This document shows, in pieces, positions 18,420-25,080 of a DNA stretch of 64,000 nt. The position numbers were made by a program, and so were the translations under genes. The stretch is from Chloroflexota bacterium (lineage in GTDB: Bacteria; Chloroflexota; Anaerolineae; Anaerolineales; VGOW01): positions 9,288 to 73,287 of the forward strand of contig VGOW01000011.1 in NCBI GenBank assembly GCA_016875735.1, in the 5' to 3' direction. Position 1 is the stretch's first letter; the number at the start of each line of letters is the position of its first letter. A model generated the notes under the pieces. It had not been told where the DNA came from and ran no database searches. It saw nothing but the letters and a program-made list of their open reading frames with translations.

Positions 18420-19166
18420 GTGAGCACCGGCAAGCCACCCAGAGATCGCAGCTCAAACAACCCTGCAATGCCAAACGACGACTTCGTCTGGACAGTCCGC
18501 ACGTTCATCTACCAGCATTTTGCGGCGACGACGCGCGCGCCGGGGCTCGGCGAGATCGCCCGACACTTTGGCCTGAGCGCCGGGCAAGCGGGCGAAACCC
18601 TCACGGCGCTTCACGAGAAGCACGCGCTCTTTCTCGAACCGGGGACGCTCGACATCCGCATCGCCAATCCCTTTTCGGCCATCCCCACTCCGTTCGAGGT
18701 GGAAGCGGACGGCAAAAGATATTGGGCCAACTGCGCCTGGGATAGTTTCGGCATCCCCGCCGCCCTGCACGCCACCGAGGCCGCCATCCGATCGGTGTGC
18801 GCTCACAGCGGAGCGCCGCTGTCGTTGAGCGTGAAGCAAGGTCGGGCCGTGAGCAGCGGAGAAGTCGTCCATTTTCTCGTGCCGTTCCAACGGTGGTACG
18901 AAGATATGACCTTCACTTGAGCGACGATCCGATTCTTCCGGTCGGAAGAAGACTTACAGCAGTGGCAAAGCGAGCGCGGCAAGGCCGAGGGCGAAACGCT
19001 CCGCCCCGAACAAGTTTGGGAGTTGTCGCGACTGTGGTATCACAACCGCCTCTCGCCGGACTACCGGGGCCGAACGGTAGCGCAAGTGGAAGAGATTTTC
19101 CACGCGCTCAATCTCACCTCGAAGTTTTGGTACATGGACAAGCCGACGGACGAATTGCAGAAGTGA
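18420..19166 (+). CDS. alkylmercury-lyase (MerB)-family protein with in-frame UGA at 18918-18920 (candidate selenocysteine)
   Basis: The track ORF stops at the TGA at 18918. The same frame then stays open for 81 codons with no start codon, and continues the MerB fold ('ATIRFFRSEEDLQQW...'). 'NCAWD' and 'VCAHSGAPLSLSV' match the MerB Cys96/Asp99 and Cys117 regions. A hairpin lies at 18933-18950. An alternative start is the ATG at 18468. Confidence 0.7.
18933..18950 (+). promoter_or_regulatory. SECIS-like hairpin downstream of UGA 18918
   Basis: A perfect 7-bp stem TTCTTCC/GGAAGAA with loop GGTC. It begins 12 nt after the UGA. Confidence 0.6.
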
Positions 19167-20713
19167 CTGTCGGCAACAAGGCTTTTCACCACTGAGTTCA
19201 CAGAGAACACGGAGAAGACCCATAAAAATCTCTGTGAACTCTGTGGCCTCAGTGGTTCAAATGCCAGTTCTTGTGCGGGATTCGGATTCAAGAAGCGCTC
19301 TCTCAGGGCGCCGCGCAGAGCAATTCGTTCGATGCATTCGGCAGTATCGGCGGGCAACAGCGGCGGCTGATGCTGTTCGATGAGCGCGCGAGTCCGGGTG
19401 TTCACCCGACTCTCGAAAGCCAACCGCTCCGAGTCGGCCCACTCTTTATCTCCACCCCGATACAGCAATTGCGAATACCACACATCGCGCATGTGTTCAA
19501 GCGTATAGGGATGGGTGACAAATTCGCCCCTCGTTTCAACTCCGGCAAATAGATTGAGCGACAACGAGTCGGCGTCCACCGCCACCGCGCCGAAGAGGTG
19601 CGAGAGCATCGCGGCAATTTCGTCGGTCGCCGCAATCATCTCCGGCATCACCACCGTCGCGCTTCCCAGCAACCCCACATCGTGAATCAGATTCGCGCCG
19701 ACGAGGCTGGCCATCATGCACGACGAGGCCGCTTCGAGAATCGCTTGCCCGTCGAACGTCTGCGAGTCGCTGGTACCGCCGGTGCCGAAATTTGGCAGTT
19801 CGAAATAATGCGCCATCTCGGCCATCAGCGAATTGCCCAATTGAAACTCCGGCGCCCCGTATGAAAACACGGTGGTCTTCATATCCATCACCGAAGCCAT
19901 GCCGCCGAAGATGAACGGCGCGCCCGGGCGTTTGAGTTGATGCACGACCAACGCGCTGAGCGATTCGGCGCACAGTTGAGCGATGATGGCCGCCTGACTC
20001 TGCGGGGCCGTGCCGCCCATCGCCGCATACGGAACATAGGCGACGGGCAGGCCGTGTTCGGCGCAATACAACAGCTTGCCGATAGACTCATCGGGGTGCA
20101 GCAACGGGGACACCGGCTCCGCGTAAACGATCACGTTCGAGCGCGCGCGCAATGCCGAGTCGCCGCCCACCGCCAATGCGGCCATCTCTCGCATGTCGCG
20201 CAGTGAGTCGAGAGAGATGGGCATGGTCAGCACGGGCTTCGTCGAATGCTGGAGGCACTGCGCCAGCGATACGCGGTCGGCGATCTCCGGCGGGCAATCG
20301 GCAGTCAAGCCGGAGGCGGTGATGAAGTGAATGTTTGGCAGTGAGTCGGCGAGCACGGCATTGCCAATCACATCCTGTTTGAGGCATGGCCGCCGCTCGC
20401 GCGTGAACGGATCGAGCACGTCGGGCGCGTCGGTGTGCGCCCCGTAATAAATGTTGCGGCCCTCCAAGCGCATGGCCTCGCCGCCATGGCGCGCAAAAAT
20501 CGAAATCGCGCTCGGCGCGCACTCCACTGCTTGCACGATCAAGTGCGGCGGAATGAAAACGCGGTCGCCTTCGATGCGCGCGCCCGCGCGCCGCAAAAGT
20601 TCGCGGGCTTCCGGCTCGGTGAGGCGCACGCCGATTCGGTCGAGCAAGTTGTGCGCGGCTTCGGCGATGGCTTCGCGCTCTTCGCCGCTCAAAAGGTGAA
20701 GTGTCGGTTTCAT
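19061..20713 (-). CDS. MttB-superfamily (trimethylamine methyltransferase family) protein, non-pyrrolysine type
   Basis: Full-length similarity to the MttB family ('PVAYVPYAAMGGTAPQS', 'GTGGTSDS'). There is no in-frame TAG. The C-terminal ~85 aa runs through a hairpin repeat and is antisense to the merB-like 3' end, so the native stop appears to be lost. Confidence 0.8.
   Translation of the reverse strand: MKPTLHLLSGEEREAIAEAAHNLLDRIGVRLTEPEARELLRRAGARIEGDRVFIPPHLIVQAVECAPSAISIFARHGGEAMRLEGRNIYYGAHTDAPDVLDPFTRERRPCLKQDVIGNAVLADSLPNIHFITASGLTADCPPEIADRVSLAQCLQHSTKPVLTMPISLDSLRDMREMAALAVGGDSALRARSNVIVYAEPVSPLLHPDESIGKLLYCAEHGLPVAYVPYAAMGGTAPQSQAAIIAQLCAESLSALVVHQLKRPGAPFIFGGMASVMDMKTTVFSYGAPEFQLGNSLMAEMAHYFELPNFGTGGTSDSQTFDGQAILEAASSCMMASLVGANLIHDVGLLGSATVVMPEMIAATDEIAAMLSHLFGAVAVDADSLSLNLFAGVETRGEFVTHPYTLEHMRDVWYSQLLYRGGDKEWADSERLAFESRVNTRTRALIEQHQPPLLPADTAECIERIALRGALRERFLNPNPAQELAFEPLRPQSSQRFLWVFSVFSVNSVVKSLVADSHFCNSSVGLSMYQNFEVRLSAWKISSTCATVRPR
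19187..19258. repeat. imperfect palindromic repeat element between convergent genes
   Basis: CCACTGAG-TTCACAGAG...CTCTGTGAA...CTCAGTGG. Confidence 0.7.
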
Positions 20714-20719
20714 GGGGAC

Positions 20720-21874
20720 TCACAATCCGGCCAACGCGCTCCGCAAGTCGGCGATCAAGTCATCTTTGCTTTCCAGCCCCACCGAGATTCGGATCAACCC
20801 GGCGCTCACTTCGAGCGGCGAGCCTTGCGTGCTGGCGTGAGTCATCGCCGCCGGAATCTCGATGAGCGATTCGATGCCGCCGAGCGACTCGGCCAATGCA
20901 AACAACCGGGTGCGCTCCGCCACCCGCCGCGCCGCGTCGGCGCCGCCGCGCACCACAAACGAGATCATGCCGCCGCCGTTTCGCATCTGCCGCATGGCTA
21001 ACGCGTGCTGAGGATGATCGGGCAGGCCGGGATAGATCACCTCGTCCACTGCCGGGTGGTCGGCAAGAAATTGGGCGACGGCCAGCGCGTTCCCGGCGTG
21101 GCGATCCATGCGCACCGGCAGAGTCTTCACCCCGCGCAGAACGAGCCAGCAATCCATCGGGCCCGGCACCGCGCCGATGGCGTTCTGCAAAAACTTCAGC
21201 CGTTCGTGAATCGCGTCGTCGTCGAGGATGGCCGCGCCGCCGATCACATCGGAGTGCCCACCGAGATATTTGGTGGTGGAGTGCGCAACGATATCCGCGC
21301 CGAGTTCGAGCGGTCGTTGCAGGTAGGGGGTGGCGAAGGTGTTGTCCACGCCCATCAGCGTGCGCGGGCCGTTGGCGTGCGCGAGGTCGGCGATGGCGCG
21401 GATGTCGAAAATTTTGAGGCGCGGGTTGGTGGGTGTCTCCAGCCACACCAGCCGCGTGTTCGGGCGCAGGCCGTCGCGCACAGCGGCGAGATCGGTCATC
21501 TCCACAAACGTGTATTCGATGCCATAGTCTTTGAGAATTTTGTCGAGAAGCCGGAACGTGCCGCCGTACACATCGTTGCCCGCCAGCACGTGTTCGCCCG
21601 CCGCCGCCAGCCGGAACACGGTATCGATGGCGGCCATGCCCGACGCAAAGGCCAGCCCGTGCTTGCCGCCTTCGAGCGCGGCGAGGCAGGCTTCGAGCGC
21701 CGCGCGCGTGGGGTTGCCCGTGCGCGAATACTCGTAGCCTTTGTGTTGGCCCACCCCATCCTGCACGTAGGTTGAGGTTTGATAGATCGGCGTCATCACC
21801 GCGCCGGTGGATGGATCGGGCTGTTGCCCGGCGTGGATAGCGAGGGTTTCGATGCGGTAGTGGTGATCAGTCAT
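20720..21874 (-). CDS. PLP-dependent cystathionine gamma-synthase/gamma-lyase family enzyme
   Basis: Contains 'YSRTGNPT', 'NTFATPYLQRPLELGADIVAHSTTKYLGGHSD' (PLP-Lys) and 'RISVGLE'. The ATG is at 21874. Confidence 0.9.
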   Translation of the reverse strand: MTDHHYRIETLAIHAGQQPDPSTGAVMTPIYQTSTYVQDGVGQHKGYEYSRTGNPTRAALEACLAALEGGKHGLAFASGMAAIDTVFRLAAAGEHVLAGNDVYGGTFRLLDKILKDYGIEYTFVEMTDLAAVRDGLRPNTRLVWLETPTNPRLKIFDIRAIADLAHANGPRTLMGVDNTFATPYLQRPLELGADIVAHSTTKYLGGHSDVIGGAAILDDDAIHERLKFLQNAIGAVPGPMDCWLVLRGVKTLPVRMDRHAGNALAVAQFLADHPAVDEVIYPGLPDHPQHALAMRQMRNGGGMISFVVRGGADAARRVAERTRLFALAESLGGIESLIEIPAAMTHASTQGSPLEVSAGLIRISVGLESKDDLIADLRSALAGL

Positions 21875-22008
21875 TGTGCGCGCAACGGTGGGCGGGGAGT
21901 GGCGGACGACCGTGATCGTCCGCCCCACCATCCACCGTCAAACTGAAATGTTCTCGCAATATGCCTTTGTCGCCCCGACAGGGTGTTTATTGTATAATCG
22001 TTCGGAGC

Positions 22009-22365
22009 ATGGAAGAAATCGAATTCGTGGAGCCGGAGGAGATGCCTCAGCCGCCGGAGAGTGTGACGATTGAGAGCCTGCAAGCGCGAGTATACCCCGA
22101 CGGGCGGCGAGTGCGGCTGGAGGTGAAGATCACGCCATTCTTCCAGCGCCCCAATCTTGAGTTTACCATCACCAACGCCGAAGGGCGCGAAGTGGCCTCG
22201 CTGGCAGTCATCGAGTCGATAGATCACAAATTCGAAATGACCGCTCACCTGCGCGGGCCCCAGCCGGTTGGCCGGCACACCCTGCGCGGCGAACTCTTTT
22301 ACGAACCGGAGTCCCCCCGAAAGGCAGTCGAAGTGACATTCGACGTTGCCCCGACGGGAAATTAA
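22009..22365 (+). CDS. hypothetical protein
   Basis: 118 aa from the ATG at 22009, preceded by GGAG. Coding-like composition. No family recognised. Confidence 0.5.
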   Translation: MEEIEFVEPEEMPQPPESVTIESLQARVYPDGRRVRLEVKITPFFQRPNLEFTITNAEGREVASLAVIESIDHKFEMTAHLRGPQPVGRHTLRGELFYEPESPRKAVEVTFDVAPTGN

Positions 22366-22385
22366 TCTTTATCACAGGCACGCAC

Positions 22386-24455
22386 ATGGATTCTTCTTCG
22401 ATGATCGGCAAAATGGTTGGCCGCTACCAGATTGTGGAACTGCTGGGGCGTGGAGGCATGGCCGAAGTGTACAAGGCTTATCAGCAGAGCCTTGATCGCT
22501 ACGTAGCCATTAAGTTGATGCACACCTTCCTCTCGGAAGACTCCGACTTCTTCGAGCGCTTCAACCGCGAGGCCAAGAACGTGGCCGCCCTCCGCCACCC
22601 CAACATCATCCAGATCCATGACTTCGACCACGAAGGCGAAACGTATTACATGGTCATGGAGTTCGTGGACGGCGGCACGCTAAAAGATCGGCTGGAGCAA
22701 CTCGCCCGGCAGGGGCAGCGCATCCCGCTCAACGAAGCCGTGGGCATCATCAAAGATGTCGGCTCCGCGCTTTCCTATTCGCACAAGCGCGGCATGATCC
22801 ATCGCGACATCAAACCGGCCAACGTGATGATCGACTCGAATGGCCGGGTGATCCTCACCGACTTCGGCATCGCCAAAATGCTTTCCGGCGCGAAGTTCAC
22901 CGCCTCCGGGTCGATCCTCGGCACGCCGTCGTATATGGCCCCCGAACAGGGTCTCGGCCAACCCGGCGACGCCCGCGCCGACATCTACTCGCTCGGCGTG
23001 CTGCTCTATCAACTCTCCACGGGCCGCCTGCCCTACGACGCCGACACGCCCGTGGCCGTCATCCTCAAACACGTCAACGAGCAGTTGCCGCCGCCGCGCA
23101 CGATCAACCCCAACACCCCGCAGAGTGTCGAGAACATCATCGTTAGGGCGCTGGCAAAAGACCCGGCGCATCGTTATCAAACTGTGGAAGAGATGCTGGC
23201 CGATCTCAACAACATTGATTCGGCGGCGCACCTCGAACTGCCTCCCGACAGCACCATTGCCAACCGGCCCGGCGAGCGCACCATGCGCACCGTGCCCGAT
23301 GCTCACGTCGGGGCAACGGTCGTGAGCAGTGAGCATACAAAACACATGGTCGCTGGCGGCCCGGCCAGCGCCCTCTCCGAACCGGCGCTCAAGCCCACCC
23401 CAGCTGCGGGGCCGAACCTCACGCCCTTCATCATCGGCGGGGTCGCGTTGGTGGTCATCGCCATCATTGTCGGCGTGGTCATCGTCGGCGGCGGACTGTT
23501 CGCCGCCTCACAGCAGCCCACCGCCACTGCGGTGGCGGCCATCACCCACACATCCGCCCCCACCGACACCGCCAAACCCGGCGGCTCGCCCACCATCGAT
23601 CCGGTCATCATGGCCATCACCGAGCAAGCCGGAACCGCCGCCGCCCAGCAAGCCACCATCGCCGCCCTGCAAGCCACCGACACCCCCGTGCCCACGCCTA
23701 ACCTCACCGCAACGTTCGAGGCCTGCACGTTCGACGCAAAGATCGTCAGCCAAGATCCGAAAGACGGATCGAGTCTGACCATCAATAAAGAAACGAAGGT
23801 CAACATTGAAATTCAGAACACCGGCACGTGCGCGTGGGAAGACACCACTCAACTGACCTTTGACAGCGGCGACTCGATTCACACCGCCGCCAGCGTGCCA
23901 GCCCCCGCCGCCAAATCGGGCGACACTGTTGTTGTCGCCGTGGCCCTCAAGCCCGCCGAATCCCGAACGTACACCGCAAAGTGGATCGTACGACTGGCTT
24001 CCGGCCGAGACGTGGGCGCGCCGTTCACGCTGACGTATAAAGGCATCGTGGCCGCCACCGCCGCGCCGAGGCCCACACTCGTTCCCACCCCCGTTCCACC
24101 CACGCCCACCTCGGCAGTCATCGGCGGCGGCCCGATCACCGGCGCAAATCCCACATTCTTCTCATGCTCGTACGTCCCCAACACCACCGACTATCAATGC
24201 CTCACCAGCATCGGAGTCGGCGGCGGCACGGCGCCCTACACCATCACCATTGATGGCGACTCCAGCACCACTAAGACCGGGAGCACCGCGCAGAATCCGT
24301 ACTTCATTCAACTGCGCGGGCGGCGCTGTATCGACCGCATCTTCACTTTCCAAGTGATCGACGCTACCGGCCAAGTGTTCAATGGCTCCGGCGCTTTCTA
24401 TCCGAAGGAGTCCAAACTCTTCAACAACAACACCGAAGTCTGCGGCGATGGGTGA
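22386..24455 (+). CDS. Hanks-type Ser/Thr protein kinase with a TM segment and a C-terminal extracytoplasmic NBR1-like/Ig-like region
   Basis: Contains 'LGRGGMAEVYKA', 'HRDIKPANVM', 'DFGIAK' and 'GTPSYMAPE'. TM segment 'FIIGGVALVVIAIIVGVVIVGGGLF'. Confidence 0.9.
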   Translation: MDSSSMIGKMVGRYQIVELLGRGGMAEVYKAYQQSLDRYVAIKLMHTFLSEDSDFFERFNREAKNVAALRHPNIIQIHDFDHEGETYYMVMEFVDGGTLKDRLEQLARQGQRIPLNEAVGIIKDVGSALSYSHKRGMIHRDIKPANVMIDSNGRVILTDFGIAKMLSGAKFTASGSILGTPSYMAPEQGLGQPGDARADIYSLGVLLYQLSTGRLPYDADTPVAVILKHVNEQLPPPRTINPNTPQSVENIIVRALAKDPAHRYQTVEEMLADLNNIDSAAHLELPPDSTIANRPGERTMRTVPDAHVGATVVSSEHTKHMVAGGPASALSEPALKPTPAAGPNLTPFIIGGVALVVIAIIVGVVIVGGGLFAASQQPTATAVAAITHTSAPTDTAKPGGSPTIDPVIMAITEQAGTAAAQQATIAALQATDTPVPTPNLTATFEACTFDAKIVSQDPKDGSSLTINKETKVNIEIQNTGTCAWEDTTQLTFDSGDSIHTAASVPAPAAKSGDTVVVAVALKPAESRTYTAKWIVRLASGRDVGAPFTLTYKGIVAATAAPRPTLVPTPVPPTPTSAVIGGGPITGANPTFFSCSYVPNTTDYQCLTSIGVGGGTAPYTITIDGDSSTTKTGSTAQNPYFIQLRGRRCIDRIFTFQVIDATGQVFNGSGAFYPKESKLFNNNTEVCGDG

Positions 24456-24503
24456 TAAGACGATGCTCCGATCCTGAGCAAAGTGGATGTGCTCAGGGCA
24501 TGA

Positions 24504-24752
24504 ATGGGTCAGCGCATGAGCGTCGACGTTTTGGGCGTCATTGGCGATATTGAAATCATTGCCGTCGGCAGTTCCATTCAAGAGATCGCGCGCTTGCGAA
24601 AAGTCTACGGCAAAGGCCGTTGGCGAAAGATGAAAGGCATTGCACTCGTTCGTTTGCCAGATGGCGCGATTTGTCGGGCCGAGATCCACTGGTACGAAGC
24701 GCATGGACTCGGCAAGAAGGAAATCAAAGTCAAGCGAATCTTGGCGGAGTAA
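24504..24752 (+). CDS. small hypothetical protein (low-GC cassette, gene 1)
   Basis: 82 aa with '...[40 protein letters not shown]'. I have seen this motif in small conserved bacterial proteins but cannot name the family. Confidence 0.5.
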   Translation: MGQRMSVDVLGVIGDIEIIAVGSSIQEIARLRKVYGKGRWRKMKGIALVRLPDGAICRAEIHWYEAHGLGKKEIKVKRILAE

Positions 24753-24754
24753 AC

Positions 24755-25012
24755 ATGGCAACAAAACCGACGGCAACCGCCTCACGAAAGGCCCTCAAAT
24801 CCCGTTTTGTGATCTGCGTGAAAAACGAGGGCTATCTTGCATCGTTGGAGAAGCGAAAAATCTATCAAGTGTTGCCGGATGCCAAAGCCAGCGCTCATAA
24901 ACTTATTCGGGTAATCGACGAGTCCGGGGCCGACTACCTCTACCCGGCAGACTTTTTCGTTTCGGTTCGATTGTCGCAAAGGATAGCTGCAACGCTTGCG
25001 TTGGCTGCCTAA
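24755..25012 (+). CDS. small hypothetical protein (low-GC cassette, gene 2)
   Basis: The ATG lies 2 nt after the gene 1 stop. Contains '[25 protein letters not shown]...[19 protein letters not shown]'. A terminator follows at 25022-25046. Confidence 0.5.
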   Translation: MATKPTATASRKALKSRFVICVKNEGYLASLEKRKIYQVLPDAKASAHKLIRVIDESGADYLYPADFFVSVRLSQRIAATLALAA

Positions 25013-25021
25013 ATCGTGCGC

Positions 25022-25046
25022 GCGGGCCGCTCCTCAGGGCGGCCTT
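25022..25046 (+). terminator. rho-independent terminator after the low-GC cassette
   Basis: GGCCGC-8 nt-GCGGCC followed by TTTT. Confidence 0.55.
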
Positions 25047-25080
25047 TTCGTTTATTCGTCGCCCATTCGTTGACACGCTT

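Noticed and set aside
18420-19166. A classical mercury-resistance (mer) operon
   Set aside because: No merR, merT, merP or merA are visible anywhere in the window. Only a lone MerB-family homolog is present.
19061-20713. Pyrrolysine (in-frame TAG) in the MttB homolog
   Set aside because: The ORF is continuous with no internal TAG. This is the non-Pyl branch of the superfamily.
21993-21998. The TATAAT at 21993 as the promoter -10 of gene 22009..22365
   Set aside because: It is only 10 nt from the ATG and overlaps the SD region, and it has no convincing -35. Leaderless or near-leaderless transcription is possible but cannot be supported from sequence alone.
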